From: a virus
Virus record (IMG/VR): IMGVR_UViG_3300034418_008158
Span: 10,245 to 74,244 of that record
Strand: one strand, 5' to 3'
Length of the DNA: 64,000 nt
Below the pieces are notes generated by a model. That model was given only the letters and a program-made list of their open reading frames with translations. It made no database searches and was not told where the DNA came from. This document shows, one piece after another, positions 28,911-37,167 of the stretch; positions within the stretch are counted from its first letter, which is position 1; the number at the start of each line of letters is the position of its first letter. The position numbers and the translations under genes were made by a program.

Positions 28911-29141
28911 TCATTCTTTTCTCAAGTGTTTATTGTTGTCTAACAATTGTATATGAAATGGTACTCCACAATTATTGCTGGAGTAACTATTCATAAGCCT
29001 GTACACTTTAAGTTCTGTCCTTTGAAAAGGGCTCAAACTTCTATACGTATTGTCACTTATTTTTAAGACTTTTCTACATTCTTTGACTGTTAGCCCTTCT
29101 TTGACTAACTTAGCTATTTTATTATACAAATCCTTTTTCAT
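28911..29141 (-). CDS. small HTH protein
   Basis: KEGLTVKECRKVLKIS..TY pattern. Confidence 0.55.
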   Translation of the reverse strand: MKKDLYNKIAKLVKEGLTVKECRKVLKISDNTYRSLSPFQRTELKVYRLMNSYSSNNCGVPFHIQLLDNNKHLRKE

Positions 29142-29161
29142 AAGTTTATGAATTTAGTTAG

Positions 29162-29235
29162 TGACCCTGCCAGGACTCGAACCTGGAACCTGCTCATCAG
29201 AAGTGAGCTGCTCTATCCAGTTGAGCTACAAAGCC
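29162..29235 (-). tRNA. tRNA-Arg(UCU), CCA not encoded
   Basis: GGCTTTGTAGCTCAACTGGATAGAGC, anticodon arm GCTCA-CTTCTGA-TGAGC, T arm CCAGG-TTCGAGT-CCTGG. Confidence 0.93.
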
Positions 29236-29334
29236 ATAAAAAAGAAGAAAGAAGTGTAACCATAACCAGGACTATTTACAGGAATCGAACCCTATTGGTC
29301 TACCAAATCATAGGTTACACCCCTCTTCTTATTA

Positions 29335-30168
29335 TTAATTAACTAACACCTTAAAAGACTTTACTTCATCCTCATTTAATAAGGATACAATATAGAGACC
29401 AGAAGTGTTAAACAATATATCTAGCTCATCCTGCCCCTCTCCTATCCAGTTTCTAATAAATATTAGTTTCCCCTCCAGGGTAAAGACATAGACAATATAG
29501 TTGAATTGTCCACCCTTGGCTTTAAAGGTGTGAGTACTATTACCTTGTGCAGTAGCATGTGTTACCTCATTAAAAGCTGTAAATTCTACAGCAATTAAAC
29601 TTGAGTACATTTTGCTGTTATCGTAGTCTACAAACTCTAAGTCGTAATAGTTTACCCCTTTTTCAGGAGTTGTATCAGTAAAAGACCAAGACATTTGATT
29701 CTTATCAGTATTCTGAATAGACCCAATAACTTCTTCACCTCTCCTTACTATGATTTTTGCTAAGTTTTCTTGGCTGGCTAAGACCCAACTTAGTGTAATA
29801 TCTGTATCTGCTTTACCTCTAAAAGAGATTAATTCTACTGGCAATGCAGCACAATCAATACTCCAAGTCCAGTTAAGATTTGGGCCTGTTATGTCAACTG
29901 TTTGAAGTAACTCATCATTGACAGAAAATATATTGAAGTATGTATTTTCTGTACAACTCCCTGTCTCAAATGTTAATATAACATTTTCTGGCAAGTCAAT
30001 ATAAGTATCTTCAGTTACAATAATACATGTTTCACCACCATCATTAAAGCATATTGTTAAATCCTCACTACATGACCATGTAGGAGAAAATTCAACATAG
30101 ATTTCACAAGCCCATACTTGGGCTGTAAATGTTAATATCATTATTAACGTGTTCAATAAATTTTTCAT
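29335..30168 (-). CDS. secreted protein with T9SS type A C-terminal sorting domain
   Basis: Signal peptide MKNLL..AQVWA; LPVELISF motif, GVNYY.L..VDYD..YS, C-terminal VFTLEGK...SGLYIVSL...KSFKVLV. Confidence 0.75.
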   Translation of the reverse strand: MKNLLNTLIMILTFTAQVWACEIYVEFSPTWSCSEDLTICFNDGGETCIIVTEDTYIDLPENVILTFETGSCTENTYFNIFSVNDELLQTVDITGPNLNWTWSIDCAALPVELISFRGKADTDITLSWVLASQENLAKIIVRRGEEVIGSIQNTDKNQMSWSFTDTTPEKGVNYYDLEFVDYDNSKMYSSLIAVEFTAFNEVTHATAQGNSTHTFKAKGGQFNYIVYVFTLEGKLIFIRNWIGEGQDELDILFNTSGLYIVSLLNEDEVKSFKVLVN

Positions 30169-30184
30169 TTTTATTTTTATTTTT

Positions 30185-30505
30185 TTAAATAAAGCGTATG
30201 TTTCTTGCAGGGTCAAAAGTAGCTTTATAAACTACATCACCCTTTTTATTTATTCCTTTCAATGCTGGCCCATAAGATACAGCACCAACTGCTGTTTTCG
30301 TACCAAATTCATTAGCATTTGATAATATCATCTTACTTATGTAAGATAGCTTACCAAGTAATTTTTTAGTCCTTTTTATCTCCATTATTATCTTCTCCAG
30401 GTAGATAGGATGGAATCCATCTCTTTCCTTTCTGTAATGTCTTCTCTCAAGAGAATCTAGTTTTCTCTGAGTTTTGACTAAATTTAAATTAGAAATACTC
30501 CTCAT
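30185..30505 (-). CDS. hypothetical basic protein
   Basis: 106-aa ORF downstream of promoter motif copy 3. Confidence 0.55.
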   Translation of the reverse strand: MRSISNLNLVKTQRKLDSLERRHYRKERDGFHPIYLEKIIMEIKRTKKLLGKLSYISKMILSNANEFGTKTAVGAVSYGPALKGINKKGDVVYKATFDPARNIRFI

Positions 30506-30572
30506 TTTTGTGTATTTTAAAGGTTGTTAAATAATAATAATAGGGCCCCAAATCTAAAAGAGAGACACTAAT

Positions 30573-30591
30573 AATTAGTGGGGGTTTTGAA
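30573..30591 (-). promoter_or_regulatory. phage promoter-like motif copy 3
   Basis: Exact copy, preceded on the minus strand by a terminator-like hairpin at about 30606-30636. Confidence 0.75.
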
Positions 30592-30641
30592 GTTGGGTAA
30601 TAGATCAAAAAGGGCACAGCCATAAGCCATACCCTAATTGT

Positions 30642-31049
30642 TTATTCATAGTCTAGCACAACTTGAGTGCTGTTGTTTGAGTTATTTAATATATAATCAC
30701 CAGACAATTCCCACCAACCTTGGCTAGTGTCATCTTTCTGGTAAATAGTATAATGAATACCCTCAAAAGGGTCTAAATTAAAACGAAGGTTATTTCCCCC
30801 TGTAATATTTAATTCATATATATCTTTATCCTCAATATAGGAATAGAGTAGATTGTCCTGAAAATAGCAACTAACTTCTTTACTCCCTGATGAGACAAGT
30901 CTTAATTTGAATTCAATAGAACTCACATTAAGATTTGTTGGGTCTTCAATTGTAGGCATATCAACAGTTTCTAAAGTCACTGAAGAGTCTGGGCTACATG
31001 ATGTAAAGACTAAAAACAATAAAATAAAGCCAAATAATAAATTTCTCAT
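30642..31049 (-). CDS. lipoprotein
   Basis: MRNLLFGFILLFLVFTSC lipobox; Bacteroidota-type TATCTTTG element upstream at about 31076-31083. Confidence 0.75.
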   Translation of the reverse strand: MRNLLFGFILLFLVFTSCSPDSSVTLETVDMPTIEDPTNLNVSSIEFKLRLVSSGSKEVSCYFQDNLLYSYIEDKDIYELNITGGNNLRFNLDPFEGIHYTIYQKDDTSQGWWELSGDYILNNSNNSTQVVLDYE

Positions 31050-31307
31050 AAGTATATTTTTAAGTTAAAACACAACAAAGATATAATAATCTTTGAATAA
31101 AACAAAGGCCAGAGAGTCTTTAAACTCTCCAGCCATTCCTAAACCTATCTTTCACACTATTTCTTCAACTTTATATAAGGTTTTTTCCCATTTATTTTTA
31201 CAATATCTTCAATAGGAATACCTAGATAAACTTGATTTTCTTTTTGTGCTAGTATGAGAGATTTGTCATCACCTTTCTCTTTCTTACCTTTTATAATTTT
31301 CATTATT

Positions 31308-31709
31308 TTAGTTTAAAAGAAATGAAGAAATATCAACTGATGCTGAAGGTAAACTTTGTAGCTTTATTTCTACAATTTTTAATGAATCTTGCAGAAATTT
31401 AAGATCACCTCCGTTTGCTTCAGGAATTGCTACTCTTAGTTCATTTCTTTTAGTTTCTAAGCTTTTTTGATAGTTTGCTTGTTTAGAAGCATAATATTTC
31501 CTTGTGCTGTAGTATTTAGCCACTGAAGATTTCTCCAGTATTACAGATTTGAATAAGTTTTGCTCTTTTTTAAAGGTTTCAGCTCCTATACGAGTCTGAA
31601 AACTTTCAGGGTATTTATTATATTTATTCCCAACTAATTGGAAGATAAGAAACTCTTTACCTGTTTTTGGGTTTACACCCTTTTTTAAATTACTTAAATT
31701 GCTCATCAT
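31308..31709 (-). CDS. hypothetical protein
   Basis: 133-aa ORF. Confidence 0.6.
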   Translation of the reverse strand: MMSNLSNLKKGVNPKTGKEFLIFQLVGNKYNKYPESFQTRIGAETFKKEQNLFKSVILEKSSVAKYYSTRKYYASKQANYQKSLETKRNELRVAIPEANGGDLKFLQDSLKIVEIKLQSLPSASVDISSFLLN

Positions 31710-31724
31710 GATTGATTTTAAATG

Positions 31725-32066
31725 TTATAAATTGTCTAATAATATTATGTCTTGAACTGAGATACTATCACCCCAAGGTATCTGATAATGTTTTGTCTGT
31801 CCTTCCTCAATACCTGGAGAAGTAATATACAGGCTATCATTATCAATATTGATAATGTAATCCGCTTCCTGATAAATTACTGAGGGTTCAGATGTATAGT
31901 TCATACTGATGAAGAATAGTGTCCAAATAAAAGAAATGCCTAGAAGGAAAGTCCAAGAAACTTTAGTTTTATACTTATTATGTTTAAGAGTGTCAACAGC
32001 AATGATAATGTCTCCAAGAGTAACATAAATAGCAAGAAAGAAAAGAATAGTTTGAATATAAATCAT
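31725..32066 (-). CDS. membrane protein (2 TM)
   Basis: Two hydrophobic helices; ATGA overlap. Confidence 0.6.
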   Translation of the reverse strand: MIYIQTILFFLAIYVTLGDIIIAVDTLKHNKYKTKVSWTFLLGISFIWTLFFISMNYTSEPSVIYQEADYIINIDNDSLYITSPGIEEGQTKHYQIPWGDSISVQDIILLDNL

Positions 32067-32332
32067 AATTGGTTATTTTGAGGTTGATAAATTACTACTT
32101 TTTCTAGTTCAAAGAGTCTAGTCCATGCCTCTCCATTAGTGTCTTGTGCCTCTATTTCTATTTCCATTCCCATTTGGTCAACATTTGTACCAAGGAGTTT
32201 TATAGGAGACAAAAGAGGAAGATAATAATGTTCTCTAATTGCTGTAAACAATAGAAAATAAAACTCAGAAATAGGTGCATCATAGATAACCGCAATAGTT
32301 TCACCGTAAGATTTTAATATGAATCCTTTCAT
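32063..32332 (-). CDS. hypothetical protein
   Basis: 89-aa ORF. Confidence 0.55.
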   Translation of the reverse strand: MKGFILKSYGETIAVIYDAPISEFYFLLFTAIREHYYLPLLSPIKLLGTNVDQMGMEIEIEAQDTNGEAWTRLFELEKVVIYQPQNNQL

Positions 32333-32777
32333 AAAGTTTAAATTTAAAGCGTTAAAAAGAATAGCAAACTAATAATAATACCAGTTTGCTATTTATTCAA
32401 TTAAAAGTTACCACCGAAATTGTCATTCATATCTTGTGAATTTCTAATACCAGTAGTATTGTAATTAATCTTTGGGACAACAATTTTATTTGATGCTGTC
32501 TTTTTAATAGTTACAATAGGTTTTGCATTCTTTGCCATGTGTGGTGTTTTTAAAAGGTGAACTATAAAGATATTAAATTTATTATTATCAATCCACTAAA
32601 AAATGGGAAACATAATAGGAGACTCTCCTACCATGCTTTCCCATATCTAATAACCAATTGTCCTTATTGTGTATTACTTAAAATAATCTGGATCGCCATC
32701 AGGTTTACCAGGACTACCTGGGCCTAAAGTAAACATTATACAAATAAGTATAAGGCCCACTAATATAAAAGCATCCA

Positions 32778-33149
32778 TTAATGAGAAATTTTTAAGTACT
32801 TACAATAAGGATTATTGGTATTTTTCGACTTGATTAGTACAAAGTATGTGCCTTTCTTCGATACTCTCACAGGCTTGCTGTCATATGTCTCTGAAGTAGG
32901 GCTACCAATCCATACAGGGTAATCATTACCTGTTTTTGGACTGTTGCATATTATGTACAAAGAACCACCATTTGTGGCAAATACATCATAAGATGTGCCA
33001 TCAATCATAATGGTTTCACTTTGATCAATACCAGTTGATACATCAAACCCACCACCTGAAGAGGTAGAAGCTTCAAACTGTACGTTCTGACTATGCAATG
33101 AAGAAGAAATACATATGAATAAAGATAGAATAGGGATTAATTTTTTCAT
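32778..33149 (-). CDS. secreted beta-rich protein
   Basis: Signal peptide MKKLIPILSLFICISSSLHS-Q; internal repeat GSLYIICNSPKTGNDY / GTYFVLIKSKNTNNPY. Confidence 0.65.
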   Translation of the reverse strand: MKKLIPILSLFICISSSLHSQNVQFEASTSSGGGFDVSTGIDQSETIMIDGTSYDVFATNGGSLYIICNSPKTGNDYPVWIGSPTSETYDSKPVRVSKKGTYFVLIKSKNTNNPYCKYLKISH

Positions 33150-33189
33150 GGTTATTAAGTTTTACTAAAAGGTTATTAAATAATATGGT

Positions 33190-34430
33190 AAGATAAAAAG
33201 AAAGACACAAGCCATCATCAGTTAAGCATCTTACGCCTAACCTCAAGCTGTATCTATCTCTTTGGGCCTTAGACCACTTCCAAATTAATGGCTGTTAAAT
33301 ATCTTAATGTGCCATTGAACTACACATTTATCCTGTGCTAGTCTGAGGTCGTTAACCCTCAGTTACTCCCCTGGCAAGGGTGTTTACTGGATTATCATAA
33401 TACAAATTGTTGTGTCACACTCAAGTTATGTGGTAATTAATCACAAAGAGCTTGTTAATATGGTATGAGCCACTGGGTTAAAAATAATGATAGTTTTATA
33501 GCTCTCAGACTAAGGGGCTAATACGACCCAAGATATTGCTATCTAGTTATTTTTATTAAACCTTGTGTTCTCTCACTGCCTTTAGGGAGTTTGTTGGGTT
33601 TAATAAATAAAATGGACTGAGTGCTTTGTCCATTTTGTAAGCGTTAATATCAGCTTTCGCTTCATACACACACTCCCATTACTGGAAGTAGCTTACATAG
33701 TCAGATATAAAGGTTCCCACCTTACTACATTAGCTTTTATAAGATACTTGCTTTCCTACAGTCTCCCCTGGACAGGGATAAACCAACATTCCCATGCTAG
33801 TAAACCAGTAGTAATCCCGTTCTCTTCTCTCTCATAGCTTGAGGCTACTTGAGGTCATCATATTGCAGATGAATAAGACCATTTTCAGGCTAATGTGTTG
33901 ACACGTTTTTTCAGTTTCTTTTAGTTGTCTTGCATGACAATTAACAAAAAATTGGTGCAAGGTGAATAAAGAATGTCCATTGTGAAGAGTGTAGTGTCAA
34001 CTTTATACCATGCTATCCGTTTGAGATAGTTTAAGTATGACACCCTTCTGCGTTCCCCCTGTCAAAGGGTACAATAAGACCATCGCTGGTCTATAACTGT
34101 TAACTATTCAAATAAGCACGATTTTCATCAGAGCTTAACGGAATATAACTGTACTTAGCTTCATTGGCGACAACCAACTACTACATAGTACTATTTAATC
34201 TTCCCTGTTCCTCTTTCGAGGTCAACTCTCCCTTGGACAAAGGAGAATACATCATACTTAGAGCTAACCAGTTGGCCTTGCTCATACCATACAATGTGTG
34301 ATTAAATACCTTTCCATCCACAACTAGTCTAAAGACTAATTGCACAAATCACTTATCTTTATGTGATTCATCTTATACCTATCACTAGGTTTATGGTTAA
34401 GGACATGAAGGCTGCCCTAGTACAAGAGTA
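33190..34430 (-). ncRNA. putative large (about 1.25 kb) highly structured ncRNA
   Basis: No ORF of 60 aa or more on either strand; at least 4 GNRA-capped hairpins on the minus strand; long-range 8-12 bp helices; promoter motif immediately upstream. Confidence 0.75.
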
Positions 34431-34435
34431 CTCAA

Positions 34436-34454
34436 AATTAGTGGGGGTTTTGAA
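34436..34454 (-). promoter_or_regulatory. phage promoter-like motif copy 4 (upstream of the large ncRNA)
   Basis: Exact copy; terminator hairpin at 34470-34508 just upstream. Confidence 0.75.
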
Positions 34455-34521
34455 GGTAGGTCAGATAAATAAAAAAGAGTAGCCTAATCCTAAGATTAAA
34501 CTACTCTCAACTATCACATCA

Positions 34522-34926
34522 CTATTTCATATCCCTATAATACCTTATTAAGGCATTAAGGTATTTTATTTTTTGCTTATGGATGATTTTTCTATTCCTA
34601 TTTATCATGTCTTCATCAGGCAAAAAAGTAGAATTATCCAGATTGTAGTGGTAGTCCCACCATCCCCAATATAAGTATTTCATTGTTCTCTCATCACCCT
34701 GATACATAAGATGATTGTATCTTTTATGAAATAATGTAGAAGAGGGTTTGACAAGGATATCGTCTGCTGTAAAATCCTTGTATTCTTTATACCCCTTCAT
34801 ACTATCCATGTACCTCCTTAAATGAATGCACAGATAGTAGTTTGCTGTTGGTTTAGCAAGTAAATCTCTTTTTAGACAAGATAATAGTAGTATTATCTTG
34901 TCTATTTGTTTCTCTTTTAGTTTCAT
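34522..34926 (-). CDS. hypothetical protein
   Basis: 134-aa ORF followed by a terminator. Confidence 0.6.
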   Translation of the reverse strand: MKLKEKQIDKIILLLSCLKRDLLAKPTANYYLCIHLRRYMDSMKGYKEYKDFTADDILVKPSSTLFHKRYNHLMYQGDERTMKYLYWGWWDYHYNLDNSTFLPDEDMINRNRKIIHKQKIKYLNALIRYYRDMK

Positions 34927-35073
34927 TGGATATTAGGTTTAAAGATAAAATATGCACTAACTTGTATTCCCATTAATAGGAAAAACAAGAAAGGTTTAAT
35001 ATCATGCCTATAAATCATAAATGATTGGAGTGCAAAGCATCCAAAGACAATAATTAAGGCAAATATAGTAACA

Positions 35074-35268
35074 TTAAGATTTGATCTTTTCATTTTCATT
35101 AGGTTTTAATGGGTTATCAGGACAATATGTTATGGCATCTTCTAGTCTGCCTTCTAGCACACATTTAATGGCTAAGATGCAATCTAAAGTATGCTGGTCA
35201 TTGTTGTCTATAAAGTGATTACTTAAAAACGTAGACAGCTTGTGTCTCTGCATATAGGATATTACCAT
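35074..35268 (-). CDS. hypothetical protein
   Basis: 64-aa ORF. Confidence 0.4.
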   Translation of the reverse strand: MVISYMQRHKLSTFLSNHFIDNNDQHTLDCILAIKCVLEGRLEDAITYCPDNPLKPNENEKIKS

Positions 35269-35371
35269 GATTTATGTTTTAGCTATTAACAATATTAGTT
35301 GAATTCATCCTTATGAGGATTGCCTAATGAGTATATTAGGCAACCAATCATTATCATTGTGAAGAAGACTG

Positions 35372-35617
35372 TCATTTGCAATTATTTACTTTGTGAACAA
35401 TAGTGTCATACCTCCACACCTCGTATTTACAGGCACATCCATTTTGTGTACCTGTAACTACAACTTTATATATGGGTTCAAAGAAGGCATGTTTAACTGC
35501 AACAATAGTCCCCATCAATATTATTGATAGGATTAATATGGCAATGATTAGGTTTAAACACCCATCATTTTTATCTGGATCACAGGTCTCCATGCCATTT
35601 TGGTAGGAATATTTCAT
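35372..35617 (-). CDS. small membrane protein
   Basis: Start MKYSYQ at 35617; one TM. Confidence 0.5.
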   Translation of the reverse strand: MKYSYQNGMETCDPDKNDGCLNLIIAILILSIILMGTIVAVKHAFFEPIYKVVVTGTQNGCACKYEVWRYDTIVHKVNNCK

Positions 35618-35696
35618 AAGATATGATAGTTTAAAGGTAAATAAATAAAAAAGAACTAAACCAAGTGCATTACACACTTGGCTTAGTATCAAGGTC

Positions 35697-35963
35697 TTAA
35701 AGGCTAAAGATATTCTCTGCGCCTTTACTTGGATCAATGTTGATTAAGCAAGAATTTGCCAAATCTGTAACACCATCCACAACAGGAACTAATACCCTTA
35801 TGGGTAAAGACTCGTCAATGTTGCCTTGAACTCGGAAATTTTGGTCTCCAATGTTCATGAACAATTTGTCTGTGGCTTTATTTCTAAGTACTTCAATTGA
35901 AGCACTTGGATAACCAATAGCAGACTTAAATTCGCTAATACTCATAAATTGACTCGTTTGCAT
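35697..35963 (-). CDS. hypothetical protein, paralog A
   Basis: Shares SEFKSA, VLRNKATDKLFM, VLVPVVDGV, CLIN.DPSKGAE..FSL with 36859-37128. Confidence 0.8.
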   Translation of the reverse strand: MQTSQFMSISEFKSAIGYPSASIEVLRNKATDKLFMNIGDQNFRVQGNIDESLPIRVLVPVVDGVTDLANSCLINIDPSKGAENIFSL

Positions 35964-35998
35964 AATAAAGATTTTAAATGTGAAAAATTAATACTCAA

Positions 35999-36017
35999 AA
36001 TTAGTGGGGGTTTTGCA
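35999..36017 (-). promoter_or_regulatory. phage promoter-like motif copy 5
   Basis: aattagtgggggttttgca. Confidence 0.72.
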
Positions 36018-36309
36018 GTCAGGTGTAAGGCGTAATAAAAAGGCTATAATAATGATGATCCTGAAAAAAGAGAAAATATTTGAGGTTTGTATTTGGGGGA
36101 ATGGGTATAAGGCCTCACTTACTTGACTGAGTATCAAGGAGTTATGCTTCCCAAAAGGGATAATTTGTGAGAGATTGTCCCTAAAATTTCACCCTCTCTC
36201 CCCCAATTAAGAGGTTTGATAACATAATACTTACACTGTTTCCCTAATACCTAGAGACTAATTAATAAGGGCTAAGTCAAGTCTTGCCCTCTAAGGAATT
36301 AGGTTAAAG

Positions 36310-36349
36310 AAAAAAGAAGAGAGACACCTAATATGGCATCTCTCTTCTT
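36310..36349 (-). terminator. intrinsic terminator
   Basis: AAGAAGAGAGA...TCTCTCTTCTT hairpin plus U-run. Confidence 0.75.
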
Positions 36350-36350
36350 A

Positions 36351-36536
36351 TTACCAACGTAGCAAGTCTTCCATGACTTTTACTTTGGCTTCAGCTTTCT
36401 TTAACTTCTTGAATACTTCTTTTAGGAACAAGGCTTTTTCAGAATCTTTCTCCAAATCTTTGAAGTGAGCTAATGAATCACTAAGTTTCTTATTGTCTAA
36501 AGCCTGTTTAGCTTTAGTGAAGGAATATGATTTCAT
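36351..36536 (-). CDS. small helical hypothetical protein
   Basis: 61-aa ORF followed by a terminator. Confidence 0.6.
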   Translation of the reverse strand: MKSYSFTKAKQALDNKKLSDSLAHFKDLEKDSEKALFLKEVFKKLKKAEAKVKVMEDLLRW

Positions 36537-36571
36537 GTTACTTGGTTTTAATGATGAAGAAATGATGAAGC

Positions 36572-36742
36572 CTAAACTTCATCTCTTATACTCTTAGCAT
36601 TTGCCAAGGCTCTCTTAGCTTTGAGTAGCTCTTGGCAATATCTGATCTTCTTGGGAACTATTCCCCAATAATCAGTATTGTGATTAGGAAGATTGGCTGA
36701 TATCTCTATTGAGATAGCTTCAAGCATTGATTCATATGTCAT
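36572..36742 (-). CDS. small hypothetical protein
   Basis: Start MTYESML at 36742, downstream of promoter motif copy 6. Confidence 0.5.
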   Translation of the reverse strand: MTYESMLEAISIEISANLPNHNTDYWGIVPKKIRYCQELLKAKRALANAKSIRDEV

Positions 36743-36778
36743 AACTAGGAATTTATTGGTTATAGAGTTAGTACTAAG

Positions 36779-36797
36779 ACCTAGTGGGGGTTTTGAC
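36779..36797 (-). promoter_or_regulatory. phage promoter-like motif copy 6
   Basis: ctagtgggggttttgac core. Confidence 0.7.
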
Positions 36798-36805
36798 ATT
36801 AGGTA

Positions 36806-36850
36806 AAAGAAAAAAGTGAGTACACCAGACATTACATCTGGTGTACTCAT
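36806..36850 (-). terminator. intrinsic terminator
   Basis: TGAGTACACCAGA/TCTGGTGTACTCA 13-bp perfect stem plus U-run. Confidence 0.85.
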
Positions 36851-36858
36851 TAGATAGG

Positions 36859-37128
36859 CTACAGGGAGAATACACTCTCTGCACCCTTGCTTGGGTCTAC
36901 GTTTATCAAGCAAGCATTGGCGTAGTCTGATACACCATCTACTACAGGAACCAATACCTTGATTGGTAATGCGTTAGTAATAGAGGCCTGAACTCTGTAG
37001 TTATCATCGCCTAATGACATGAAGAGTTTGTCAGTAGCCTTGTTGCGTAGCACCGTAATGGTACTATCAACGTTGTTAGTAGCAGATTTGAATTCAGAGA
37101 CAGAAAGGAATCTTGATGTGTTTAACAT
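36859..37128 (-). CDS. hypothetical protein, paralog B
   Basis: Paralog of 35697-35963; start MLNTSRF. Confidence 0.8.
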   Translation of the reverse strand: MLNTSRFLSVSEFKSATNNVDSTITVLRNKATDKLFMSLGDDNYRVQASITNALPIKVLVPVVDGVSDYANACLINVDPSKGAESVFSL

Positions 37129-37167
37129 GATAGAAGATTTAGAAATGATGTACAATATTGTACTAGG

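Noticed and set aside
29100-29161. Theta (HDV-like) ribozyme after tRNA-Arg
   Set aside because: The 3' trailer is short and AU-rich and runs straight into the next ORF
27612-29342. Plus-strand ORFs 27612-27794 and 29148-29342
   Set aside because: Antisense shadows of the tmRNA and tRNA
27382-33241. Shared 10-mer TACGCCTAAC near the 3' ends of both candidate ncRNAs
   Set aside because: Lies in different structural contexts (loop versus stem); plausible by chance
34095-34140. CUGAUGA hammerhead-like core in the large RNA (also at about 33215)
   Set aside because: Followed by GAAU rather than GAAA, and no convincing stems I/III
33190-34430. Group I or group II intron interpretation
   Set aside because: No interrupted gene, no domain V or GUGYG start, no recognisable P7 R/S elements
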